DNA of 64,000 nt from Eledone cirrhosa (GCA_964016885.1 OZ024753.1:2852001-2916000); one strand, 5' to 3'. Positions 1-12,184 are shown, counted from the stretch's first letter. The notes: a model not told the origin generated them from the letters alone. Numbers and translations are program-made.

Positions 1-1647
1 GAGGCCTTAAAGGATGCAGTGTCTTGACAGCTAACAACTGATGCAGGTAGTTTGTTCCATGGAGGCCTTAAAGGATGCAGTGTCTTGACAGCTAACAACT
101 GATGCAGGTAGTTTGTTCCATGGAGGCCTTAAAGGATGCAGTGTCTTGACAGCTAACAACTGATGCAGGTAGTTTGTTCCATGGAGGCCTTAAAGGATGC
201 AGTGTCTTGACAGCTAACAACTGATGCAGGTAGTTTGTTCCATGGAGGCCTTAAAGGATGCAGTGTCTTGACAGCTAACAACTGATGCAGGTAGTTTGTT
301 CCATGGAGGCCTTAAAGGATGCAGTGTCTTGACAGCTAACAACTGATGCAGGTAGTTTGTTCCATGGAGGCCTTAAAGGATGCAGTGTCTTGACAGCTAA
401 CAACTGATGCAGGTAGTTTGTTCCATGGAGGCCTTAAAGGATGCAGTGTCTTGACAGCTAACAACTGATGCAGGTAGTTTGTTCCATGGAGGCCTTAAAG
501 GATGCAGTGTCTTGACAGCTAACAACTGATGCAGGTAGTTTGTTCCATGGAGGCCTTAAAGGATGCAGTGTCTTGACAGCTAACAACTGATGCAGGTAGT
601 TTGTTCCATGGAGGCCTTAAAGGATGCAGTGTCTTGACAGCTAACAACTGATGCAGGTAGTTTGTTCCATGGAGGCCTTAAAGGATGCAGTGTCTTGACA
701 GCTAACAACTGATGCAGGTAGTTTGTTCCATGGAGGCCTTAAAGGATGCAGTGTCTTGACAGCTAACAACTGATGCAGGTAGTTTGTTCCATGGAGGCCT
801 TAAAGGATGCAGTGTCTTGACAGCTAACAACTGATGCAGGTAGTTTGTTCCATGGAGGCCTTAAAGGATGCAGTGTCTTGACAGCTAACAACTGATGCAG
901 GTAATTTGTTCCATGGAGGCCTTAAAGGATGCAGTGTCTTGACAGCTAACAACTGATGCAGGTAGTTTGTTCCATGGAGGCCTTAAAGGATGCAGTGTCT
1001 CGACAGCTAACAACTGATGCAGGTAGTTTGTTCCATGGAGGCCTTAAAGGATGCAGTGTCTCGACAGCTAACAACTGATGCAGGTAGTTTGTTCCATGGA
1101 GGCCTTAAAGGATGCAGTGTCTTGACAGCTAACAACTGATGCAGGTAGTTTGTTCCATGGAGGCCTTAAAGGATGCAGTGTCTCGACAGCTAACAACTGA
1201 TGCAGGTAGTTTGTTCCATGGAGGCCTTAAAGGATGCAGTATCTTGGCAGCTAACAACTGATGCAGGTAGTTTGTTCCATGGAGGCCTTAAAGGATGCAG
1301 TGTCTTGACAGCTAACAACTGATGCAGGTAGTTTGTTCCATGGAGGCCTTAAAGGATGCAGTGTCTTGACAGCTAACAACTGATGCAGGTAGTTTGTTCC
1401 ATGGAGGCCTTAAAGGATGCAGTGTCTTGACAGCTAACAACTGATGCAGGTAGTTTGTTCCATGGAGGCCTTAAAGGATGCAGTGTCTTGACAGCTAACA
1501 ACTGATGCAGGTAGTTTGTTCCATGGAGGCCTTAAAGGATGCAGTATCTTGACAGCTAACAACTGATGCAGGTAATTTGTTCCATGGAGGCCTTAAAGGA
1601 TGCAGTGTCTCGACAGCTAACAACTGATGCAGGTAGTTTGTTCCATG
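1..1647. repeat. 61-bp tandem minisatellite (~27 copies, runs off the window start), derived from a CR1/L2-type LINE ORF2 C-terminus
   Basis: Unit GAGGCCTTAAAGGATGCAGTGTCTTGACAGCTAACAACTGATGCAGGTAGTTTGTTCCATG repeats almost perfectly. The minus strand reads WNKLPASVVSCQDTASFKASM, matching the WNxLP..VV....SFK motif of CR1/L2-group RT proteins. Confidence 0.95.
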
Positions 1648-2231
1648 CTTTAGCAAGACAGAGATGGGTATAAAGATAATGATCAACATCATCATCATTA
1701 TCATCAACATCATGATGGTAATTGACAGCATTGGCAGTTGAGGTGGAAGCAACGGGGAGGAAAGAGTGTTGGTGATAAAGACAATGATGTTCTCTTAGGT
1801 GATTTAATAAAACCATTTACTATTATTTTGCCCTGAAGCAGACAAAAGATATGTGACATTCAAATATGAAAGAAGCTGAACAATTCCGAGCTATAATTGA
1901 TTCTCAAATTAAACAGTCTAAGGTGGGTGCACTTTTGAAATTTCAAGTATTGGAGTTTAATTTGCATATGTGTAGTTCGACTTCAATCACAACTTGACTT
2001 TGGTTTTCTAAGTCAAAGAACACATACAAAAGAACAGAAATGGAATTGTTCTAGTGGTCTATACAGAATGTGGTGTCATTAAGCTACACCAAAATACACA
2101 TTTCAAATTTTTTTATGTATGTAACCAGGGATACAAGATAACCTTCAAGTTCAGATTTTTACTGGCAGAATAAAAAAATTCTTTCATTAGGTATGAAAAA
2201 ATATCTATTAAAATAATTCAGAAATATGAGT

Positions 2232-2234
2232 ATA

Positions 2235-2285
<51 letters not shown>

Positions 2286-2625
2286 TGTACATACATATAT
2301 ATATATACTGTACATACATATATATATACTGTACATACATACATATATACTGTACATACATACATATATACTGTACATACATACATATATACTGTACATA
2401 CATATATATATACTGTACATACATATATATATACTGTACATACATATATATATACTGTACATACATATATATATACTGTACATACATATATATATACTGT
2501 ACATACATATATATATACTGCACATACATATATATATACTGTACATACATATATATATACTGTACATACATATATATATACTGTACATACATATATATAT
2601 ACTGTACATACATATATATATACTG

Positions 2626-2667
<42 letters not shown>

Positions 2668-3276
2668 TATATGTATGTACAGTATATATATATATGTACA
2701 TATATATATACATATATATATACTGTACATACATATATATATGCTGTACATACATATATATACATATATATATATATACATATATATATACGGTACACAC
2801 ATATATATATACTGTACATACATATATATATACTGTACATACATATATATATACTGTACATACATATATATATACTGTACATACATATATATATATACTG
2901 TACATACATATATATATACTGTACATACATATATATATATATACATATATATATGTATGTACAGTATATATATATATGTACATATATATATACATATATA
3001 TATATACTGTACATACATATATATATGCTGTACATACATATATATACATATATATATACATATATATATACGGTACACACATATATATATACTGTACATA
3101 CATATCTATACATATATATAATATACATATATATATATACATATATATATATACATATATATACATATATATACTATACATATATATAATATACATATAT
3201 ATATATACATATATATATATACATATACATATATACATATATATATATACATATACATATATACATATATATATAC

Positions 3277-3351
<75 letters not shown>

Positions 3352-3366
3352 CATGCATATACATAT

Positions 3367-3400
<34 letters not shown>

Positions 3401-3407
3401 ATACATG

Positions 3408-3455
<48 letters not shown>
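2232..3455. repeat. (TA)n microsatellite with an embedded ~20-bp TATATATACTGTACATACAT minisatellite
   Basis: Visible periodicity; the IY/YI-rich ORFs here are artefacts. Confidence 0.95.
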
Positions 3456-4720
3456 AAAATGAAAATCCGAAGGCAAGGTAAAATTTCCAATCATTTTAAT
3501 CATGACACATGTTTCAATAAGAGATAGATCGATTGTGAAGCCATGATCGATTATCACTGATCTCATCAGGTGAAAATGAATTGTCTTCAAATTCTTGATA
3601 TGAGGGAGAAAATTAGCAATTGACATCTTAACCCAAATACCCAATCCTACACAGCGCCCCTGCTGCCCTACATAGCGGTTGCTTTCACGCACAGATTTGG
3701 GGACTCGGATTCTCAATGGGACAGCGGTACATACTGAGTTTGATATGAGCTGATTGCTTGCTCTTCCCATGGATGTGTATATACCTAGACATACACTTTT
3801 TTGGACGATACGGATGTGTATATACCATAACATACACTATTTGGAGATACGGATGTGTATATACCATAACATACACTTAAAGATATGGATGTTACAATTC
3901 AATCTATACACATATAGCAAAACACTGAACTGAACTTACTTGTGTGTGTATGGGGTTGCGTTTGACCCAATATTTCCAATTTACATCGTCAAATTGAGAT
4001 TTGACCAATGTAACATTTGTTGTTTTATAAACTAACTTTCGGTGAATACTATGTTGGTATATTTTTTATATATATTTTTTCTTTGACATCGCTTCGGTGT
4101 ATGTGAAAGTGTGTGTGTACCCACTCACATTAATTGTGACCATCTATAGTTCTACAGATCTGATGTTGTGTTGGTATGTGTATATATATATTTTTTCTTT
4201 GACCTCGAGTCGGTGTGTGTATGTCTACCCACTCACATTAACTGTGACTGACTGTAATTCTACAGATTTGAATGATGTCCAGCGTCTTTTGCAGCTATTG
4301 GGAGATAGAAACTTAATAGTTTTATGACACCTAACTGAAGATGGTGGCAGTCGCTGTATTTTGACTGCTTGATCTTCATATGAGGGAATAAACTCTGTGA
4401 GCGAACATTGCTAATTTTCTCCCTCATATCAAGAATTTCAAGACAATTCATTTTCACCTGACGAGATCAGTGAGAATCGATCATGGCTTCCAGATCGATC
4501 TATCTCTTATTGAAACATGTGTCATGATTAAAATGATTGGAAATTTTACCTTGCCTTCGGATTTTCATTTTGATACTAATACTCCATTTTACATCATCTA
4601 GCTGTTCCCTTGAATGGAATTGGAGATATACAAAAGCGTGGAGAACTTAATATGGCTAACAAAAGTTTATTGGACCGTTTTACACAACCAATAATACACC
4701 TTACTATATAACAACTATTT
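3456..4720 (+). mobile_element. Putative Penelope-like element remnant: 165-bp inverted terminal arms (3456-3620 / 4407-4571) plus a 3' tail
   Basis: The arms are near-perfect reverse complements and contain a hammerhead-like CTGAYGA...GAAACATGTGTC core. The element is flanked by (TA)n and has the same inverted-arm-plus-tail layout as the GIY-YIG element at 57342-58570. Confidence 0.7.
4444..4539 (+). ncRNA. Variant type I hammerhead-like motif with a long stem II (mirror copy on the minus strand at ~3487-3583)
   Basis: CTGACGA (4458-4464), a long hairpin with ATCGATC/GATCGAT, GAAA (4512-4515), palindromic ACATGT and a GTC cleavage triplet. Stem I CATTTTCAC/ATGATTAAAATG is imperfect. Confidence 0.5.
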
Positions 4721-4808
4721 ATATACATACATATATATACATATATATATACATATATATATATATACATATATATATACATATATATATATAAATACAT
4801 ATATATAC

Positions 4809-4841
<33 letters not shown>

Positions 4842-4954
4842 CATACATATATATATATACATACATATATATACACATATGTATATATATACATATGTAT
4901 ATATATACATATGTATATATATATATATATATACATACATTTTTTTTTTTTTTT

Positions 4955-5097
4955 AAATTTATAAATTTCCGGTTGGTTGGTTGGTTCCACAACCGGCCGG
5001 TTGTTCATATATTATCAAAGTTCTTTTGTCTAACAATATCGGTTTCAACACACGTTTTTAGATAAAGAATCTTGCTAAACAAATTCAGAAACGAAAT
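4955..5097. mobile_element. Collapsed copy of the PLE family found at 57342-58570
   Basis: 4955-5030 resembles the inverted arm (AAATTT.GGTTGGTTGGTTGGTTCCACAACC). It is fused directly to the tail TAACAATATCGGTTTCAACACACG...CAGAAACGAAAT also seen at 58504-58570. Confidence 0.8.
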
Positions 5098-5112
5098 ATA
5101 TATATATATATA

Positions 5113-5293
5113 TATCAAATCAACTTTTCAAATACAAGTTGATGTTGAACAGTATGTCAAATCTATTTATCTATAAAACTGTCTATATTGTATTTTGTCT
5201 GAGGAAGGCATAGCATATTGTTAATATGATATCCCTGAAATATATATAATGAAATAAATATGGTTTTATAAATATAGTTTCCATTTATTTAAT

Positions 5294-5300
<7 letters not shown>
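5113..5300 (+). mobile_element. PLE-like terminal repeat with a hammerhead-like motif (copy 1)
   Basis: Direct repeat of 6955-7150; contains TATTTTGT-CTGAGGA-AGG...CCT-GAAA-TATATA-TAATGAAATA. Confidence 0.6.
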
Positions 5301-5337
<37 letters not shown>

Positions 5338-5558
5338 AGAGAGAGACATATATATGTATTTACTTACACATTGTCTCACTTTTCCACAAAATATTTAATC
5401 AGTTGATATAGTTGGAGTTCTTTCCCTTACTGGGTATTTTTAGTTTTAAACACCTCTTCTGGGAGTTGTCAACAAATTATGTTGATTATCTCAAGTGGTT
5501 GGAAATATTTTACTAGATTATGTAAGATTTTCATTTATATATATATATATATAAAACA

Positions 5559-5688
5559 AAGGAAATGTGGTAAAGAACCAGATGGACCATAACGCACCAA
5601 AGTACTCAATACTTAGTGTAGTAGAGTGGGTGAATTAGCCGTCGAAACGGCTCGAGCTCAGCCGTCGGGGTCCTACTTGTTCCTATAT
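5559..5688 (+). mobile_element. Unclassified short repeat in (TA)n, with a second copy at 53775-53968
   Basis: Shares AAGGAAATGTGGTAA..AACCAG.TGGACCATAACGCACCAAAGTACTCAATAC and GTCGAAACGGCT.GAGCTCAGCC..GGGGTCCTACT.GTTCCTAT with 53775-53968. Confidence 0.75.
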
Positions 5689-5735
5689 ATATATATACAC
5701 TTGAAAATTGCAAACTTGACTGTCACCACACATTA

Positions 5736-5774
5736 TGAACCTGAAGATTGCGAAAGCATGAAAGTACTTGTTCA
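5736..5774 (+). ncRNA. Minimal type I hammerhead ribozyme motif within a PLE-like terminal repeat (~5697-5890)
   Basis: Stem I TGAAC/GTTCA; core CTGAAGA; stem II TGC-GAAA-GCA; GAAA; palindromic AGTACT in place of stem III; CUU triplet. Confidence 0.75.
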
Positions 5775-5886
5775 ATTAACACTTAACATTTAATATTCTA
5801 CCATACTATTTCATTCTAATACCATTATAAATGTTAAAGGATTGTAAATAAAACGAGTAAATCAGACAAAGTTGGAATTCCTTTTA

Positions 5887-6024
<138 letters not shown>

Positions 6025-6461
6025 TATATAAATATATACATAGGTCATGGGAGACAACTCTTTCTCCACTCTCACTTGCAGTACGAACTCTTCCATTACC
6101 CTGTTAGTCTCTTCCACCCATCTGATACCCCAAAACTCTGCTACTATCCAACCCCCTTACCACCAAACATGTAGCAGCCAGCACTGTCTTTCATCTATTA
6201 CTTCCCCTTCTACCACATTTGCCTCAATAAACACGCATACAAACACACTCACACATAGACACACATACATATTATATACATCATCATCATCAGCATCATC
6301 ATATTTACATCTGCTTTTCCATGGTTGCATGGGTTGGAAGGGTCCTTCGCAGCACGTCACGATACTTTGTTATTGCCTGTGTGTGTATATATATATATGT
6401 ATATATATATATGTATATATAATATATATATGTATATATAATATATATATGTATATATAAT

Positions 6462-6568
<107 letters not shown>

Positions 6569-6644
6569 GTATGTATATACATGCATATATATATATAATC
6601 TATATATGTATGTATATGCATGCATACATATATAATATATATAG

Positions 6645-6943
6645 ATGAGTTGAGAGTGAAACTGTGTATAAGAGGGATAAGTTGTAGTGTGCGGGAGAGA
6701 AGACTGCGATGGGATGGACATGTGATGCGCATGGAGGATGACCATTGGGTAAAGAAGTGCCAAGAAATCCCAGTAGAAGGAAGACGCAGTAGAGGAAGAC
6801 CACGAAAAACATGGGCAGAGGTGGTGAGAGCTGACCTCAGATCGCTGAAGCTCACAGAGGAGATGACGAAGGACCGTGACAAGTGGAGAGATGCTGTGCT
6901 GAATAGAACCCATCCCACCCTTGCAAGCAGGGAAAAGCGTTGA
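6645..6943 (+). mobile_element. RTE-clade LINE 3' fragment (RT C-terminus)
   Basis: Translates as [45 protein letters not shown], the typical RTE C-terminal motif set. Confidence 0.9.
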
Positions 6944-6954
6944 AATCAAAAAGT

Positions 6955-7235
6955 TGAAATCAACCTTCTCAAATGCAAGTAGATGTTGTTACGGTATGTC
7001 GATTCTATTTATCTATAAAACTGTTTATATTGTATATATTGTATTTTGTCTGAGGAAGGCATAGCATATTGTTAATATGATATCCCTGAAATATATATAA
7101 TGAAATAAATATGGTTTTATAAATATAGTTTCAATTTATTTAATATTGTATATATACTCCAAATATTTGTCGAGTGCTTTATATCAGTTATAAATATTTA
7201 CTAGTTGTAACCCAACAATTTAAATATAACTTTCC

Positions 7236-7236
<1 letters not shown>
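6955..7236 (+). mobile_element. PLE-like terminal repeat with a hammerhead-like motif (copy 2, longer tail)
   Basis: Direct repeat of 5113-5300; CTGAGGA at 7050 and GAAA at 7088. Confidence 0.6.
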
Positions 7237-7269
<33 letters not shown>

Positions 7270-7560
7270 TTAACACAGTAAAGAGAGATGGATACAGATA
7301 TATAACTATATGTGTTCAAATCATAAGGGACAGAAACCACCAGGGTAAGAAAATACTGACAAAATTAGTATGGTTCACAGAACTCAAAAGGATAAATAGA
7401 GATATATGAACCCATTATGATAACTATCATGCATCCAGACAGCTTTTGGGTAGACATGTTTTACAATTAATGAGAGAATTACTAGTCTGAATGCTTTTCG
7501 ATGGATGCTTCACGATCAACATACCCCTCCCTACTAAATTTCTTAGAAGACTAAATAACC

Positions 7561-7674
7561 ACATGTGTTAATAGAGAAAGGACATGTGTTAATAGAGAAA
7601 GGACATGTGTTAATAGAGAAAGGACATGTGTTAATAGAGAAAGGACATGTGTTAATAGAGAAAGGACATGTGTT
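7561..7674. repeat. 21-bp tandem repeat (~5.5 copies)
   Basis: Unit ACATGTGTTAATAGAGAAAGG. Confidence 0.95.
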
Positions 7675-7932
7675 GCGTGTCAGGTGGATTGAATAGAACA
7701 TAAGGCTACTAGAAAAAGTAGCAGCCAGAACCATCAGACATATTAAAAGTTCGACAAACGCATAGGAGCTCAATTTATCAAAAATATATATTGAGTTAAA
7801 AACTCACATATAATCAAATTAGCTCAAGGAAAAAAAAAATTTCCAGGCCTTATAACACAGTAAAGAGAGACAAACACAGATATATAACTATATGCGTTCA
7901 AAACTTAAGAGACAGAAACCGCCAGGATGAAA

Positions 7933-7975
<43 letters not shown>

Positions 7976-8096
7976 GTTATACATATATATATATTTAAAG
8001 CGATGAAATACCAATGAAAGTTGGAAAATCACTGATGAAGGACTAATTTTATTCATATGTAACCCATGTGCAACCACACAGCACTCAATTCTTCTC

Positions 8097-8171
<75 letters not shown>

Positions 8172-8658
8172 TATTTTACCACATCAACCATTTACTACAT
8201 CAACTACTACACTGAAGAAGTTAAATTATTTGACTGTTTCATGTTAAATCTATCCATCAATGGGTGGCAACTTAGCTGATATTTGTGTAAAAATCTTATA
8301 TATATTCTTGACCACTTAATCATTCAATGACCCACCCTTTCTAAACCACAATGTAACATCTATACTAGATATTTGAACTAAGGATCTATCTATAGCTGTT
8401 AGTCTCCTAATGACTAAGTGGTAATGAGGCTGTGGTATAACTTCAGTTCTCCAATATATGAATGCAGTCAATTATGAAGAAGACTTTCACTTCATTTAAT
8501 ATCATACAATATAATCTGGTGTACAGAGACACATTCATGCATGTGTGTTGGTGTATGTGTGGGTGGGTGTGTCGGTGGGGGTGTGGGGGTGTAAGGAAGG
8601 AGAAAAGGAAAGAGATAAAGAGATAGAAATGGAGAAAAAAATGAAGAAATAAAAAGCA

Positions 8659-8838
<180 letters not shown>

Positions 8839-9049
8839 CCTTTAAACCTTTAATATATTATCAGAAACCAAATTCTGCAGACAGAAATGGCAACAGTCCA
8901 TATCTAATCAAAAGGAAAGGAAAATGCTAAGTATTTTATAGAGATCACTTTGAAGATTTGCTCCATTCTCACATCTTTTACCATATTTCTTCCACTAAAT
9001 TTTTACCCCATCCCCACCCCATACCACATCTTTCACAATCATCATCATA

Positions 9050-9745
9050 CATTTAACATATGTCAGTAGTAAATGGATATCCACCTGTTTCAATGATGAG
9101 TATACTAGCTGTTTGGTCACTTGAACTACCTACTTATTGAATTAGCATATAAGTGGCTGAGTATTCCAAAGCCATTTAACATGTCAGTAATAAATGGATA
9201 TCCCCCTGTTTCAATGATGAGTATACTAGCTGTTTGGTCACTTGAACTACCTACTTATTGAATTATCATATAAGTGGCTGAGTATTCCAAAGCCATTTAA
9301 CATGTCAGTAATAAATGGATATCCCCTTGTTTCAATGACTAGAATTTTTTTCAACACGCTGACACATGTATGTATTTGTGTGTGTATGCATATATGCATA
9401 TATTTACATGTATGAGTATATAAATATAAATGCGCAAACACAGACACACTTACAAAAGTATGCACTCACAGATATACTTCACACAAACACACACATACAT
9501 ACATTTACACTCATACACGGCATAGTAAATGGAACACCAGCCACTGTTTCGCTATAGTTTTTCATCACTTCCTTCCTTCTTTTTACGCACACATACATTC
9601 GCACACATACATTCGCACACACACATTGTGTGATAGATGGACAGACAGATGTAAATTGTTTAAATTTATATATAGATGAGTATACTAGTTGTTTGGTCAA
9701 ACTGAACTATTTACTTATTGAATAAGCTGAGTATTCCACAAATAT
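9050..9745. repeat. ~121-bp tandem triplication; the third copy is interrupted by a Helitron
   Basis: CATTTAAC..TGTCAGTA.TAAATGGATATCC starts at ~9050, ~9172 and ~9293; the third unit resumes at 9677. Confidence 0.9.
9339..9676 (-). mobile_element. Non-autonomous Helitron
   Basis: The minus strand begins TCTATATATAAA and ends TTCTAG. It is inserted between A and T with no TSD, shown by the empty site TTCAATGA|TGAGTATACTAG in the two upstream tandem copies. A second copy lies at 40458-40785. Confidence 0.85.
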
Positions 9746-10115
9746 TTAAACCCTTCATATAATTCTCAGGCAGGAGTATGAGCCAGTGTAAACAATGTTG
9801 GACCTTTGAATTTCATGTGTAGTCCATCCAATAGACTTCCACACAGTTTGTATAAATCTAATATTACTCACCACCATTATCACTATCATCATCATCACCA
9901 TCTACACTATTTAATGTCTATTTTCCATGAATGCATATTCATAAAAATATATTTGTTGCTGTTCAGATGCATATACACAATCTACCCTATTCTATTTTTA
10001 GTCCATACATCATAAAACAAATAAAAACAAAGATACATGTAAATGTGTTTATGTTCTTGCACACATTGTCCTCTCACATTTCCGCAAATTAAATATATAT
10101 ATATATCCACACACT

Positions 10116-10156
<41 letters not shown>

Positions 10157-10219
10157 GAATATATATATACACATGCATATACATATATGTGAATACATGC
10201 ATGTTTATATATATACACA

Positions 10220-10268
<49 letters not shown>

Positions 10269-10989
10269 GTACATACATATATATATATATACATGTGTGT
10301 GTATGTGTGTAAAACATGCTGTTGCCATGGTGTTAGCAGTACCGTGTGCATAGATCGGTATTTTCATATGCATCAGTGGCAGTTTACCAAATGCTAATCT
10401 CCTGTCACTTTTCCACCAATGAAATCATTTATATTAGACATTTGTAATTAACTGCGAAAATCAACAGCAATTAAGCTCAGTAACAAACAGTTTAACATGC
10501 AAAGTTAAGCAAAGCAAACACTTAAATATGGAGGAAACTAGGGAAATATAATTAATTCACAAAAACAAAATTGAAGTTAATTTGGTGAATGCATTATAAT
10601 GTTAGAAATATTAAAAATACTGAAGTGTGATAAAAATAATATATTGGCAAAATAGAAAATCATATTAGTTGATAGTTAATATTTCCATTGACAAGTATAG
10701 GAAATATCTCTAAATATTTTATATATGAGGACATTATTGAAACATTGAACTCGTATTGAGAATGATATAACCTGCTTTATCTTCTTCAGAGTTGCTAGCC
10801 TTGTACTGGGTAGATAGATGTTCAATTTAAACATTCAGACAAGATGGAAGGGTTGATAGTGTAAAAATACATACACATGTACACCAGACCTGAACACAGA
10901 GGAGCCAAACTCCCACTGTCATCACTTCCATCTCTTTCACCCTCCCCATCTCACTATTATGAGCAAATAGAGTGTAATGTGCTTGCTGC

Positions 10990-11090
10990 CCCCACAGCCC
11001 CTGTGGACAGAATAGACGTGTTTCTCCAGAGAATGGTGAGGGAGATGCACTGGAAAAACCATTCCAGCTCGCAGGGCTCACACTTGCAGC
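10990..11090 (-). mobile_element. CRE-clade (REL-type) LINE C-terminal fragment
   Basis: The minus strand reads EPCELEWFFQCISLTILWRNTSILSTG, resembling the CRE-type QRISLAIxRGNAxSIL terminus. Confidence 0.6.
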
Positions 11091-11124
11091 TAAAGTAGAA
11101 ACCATTATTATTTTTTCTAATAGA

Positions 11125-11503
11125 GGGTGGGGAATTGGCAGTATTGGTAGAGGGTCGGACATGCTTACGTCCCTTTACAATCTGAGTTCAAATCCCGCAG
11201 AGGTTAACTTTGCCTTTCATCCTTACGGGGTCGATAAAATAAAGTACCAGTAATGTACTGGGTAATTGCTGGCCTTGTGCCTAAAATAGAAACAATTATT
11301 AGGGAGGGCGGTGGATTGGCAGTATCGGTAGAGAGTCAGACACCATGCTTTGAAGCATAGAGTTACGTCGTCCCTTTATGATCTGAGTTCAAATCCCGCC
11401 GAGGTTAACTTTGCCTTTCATCCTTACGGGGTCGATAAAATAAAGTACCAGTAATGTACTGGGATAATTGCTGGCCTTGTGCCAAAAGTAGAAACAATTA
11501 TTA
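11125..11503 (+). mobile_element. Two head-to-tail tRNA-derived SINEs with a Deu/Nin-like domain
   Basis: A-box-like TGGCAGTATCGG, B-box GAGTTCAAATCC, core GCCTTTCATCCTTACGGGGTCGATAAAATAAAGTACCAG and an (ATT)n tail. Confidence 0.9.
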
Positions 11504-11514
11504 TTTTTTCTAAT

Positions 11515-11732
11515 TTAACACTTTAACATTAAAACTGGCTGTATATGGCCAGAATTCTCTCACCTCTTTCTGTTCAAACTGGCCATAACCAGCTGCTTAT
11601 ATGTTAACATATTGTTCTCAAATTAAATAATATCAACATCTTGTAGATTATGTGAGATAATTATGTGAGATAAAGTTTTTACTGCGTAAATACAAGAGTA
11701 AATATAGAGTAATGTAAATACTAAAGGGTTAA
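11515..11732. mobile_element. piggyBac-type MITE, family A
   Basis: TTAA-C(A)CTTTAAC...CTAAAGGG-TTAA termini; homologous to 24833-25061. Confidence 0.75.
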
Positions 11733-11734
11733 GC

Positions 11735-12172
11735 AAGGTTAGTGGATTGGCAGTATCAGTAGAGCATCAGACAATATATTTTGTAGCATATAGTTATGAC
11801 CCTTTATGCTCTGAGTTCAAATCCCACCAAGGTTAACTTTGCCTTTCATCCTTACGGGGTCAATAACATAAAGTACCAGTAACACACTGGGGTCAATTTA
11901 ATCAACTTTCCCCTCCACCAAAATTACTGACCTTGTGCATAAATCAGAGACCATTATTATTATTGAATTGGTAGTATCGGTAGAGGATCGGACGCCATGC
12001 TTTGACGCATAGAGTTACGGCCCTTGCCATTCTGAGTTCAAATCCCACCGAGGATAACTTTGCCTTTCATTCTTATGGGGTCGATAAAATAAAGTACCAG
12101 TAATGCACTGGGATAATTGCTGGCCTTGTGCCAAAAGTAGAAACAATTATTATTATTGTTATTATTATTATT
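11735..12172 (+). mobile_element. Two further head-to-tail Deu/Nin-like SINEs
   Basis: Same head, core and tail as 11125-11503. Confidence 0.9.
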
Positions 12173-12184
12173 AGCAGCAGCAGC

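Noticed and set aside
1-1647. CRISPR-like or hammerhead array
   Set aside because: The units are identical with no unique spacers, and CTGATGC lacks the CTGAnGA core and a downstream GAAA.
2159-3527. Long IY/YI-rich ORFs (also near 38.7, 55.2 and 56.9 kb)
   Set aside because: Stop-free translation of TA/CA microsatellites in multiple frames.
8025-8100. CACTGATGAAGG hammerhead-like start
   Set aside because: No downstream stem II, GAAA or stem I partner; at most a truncated remnant.
11305-11400. tRNA gene
   Set aside because: The A/B boxes belong to SINE heads; there is no cloverleaf and the sequence continues into the SINE core.
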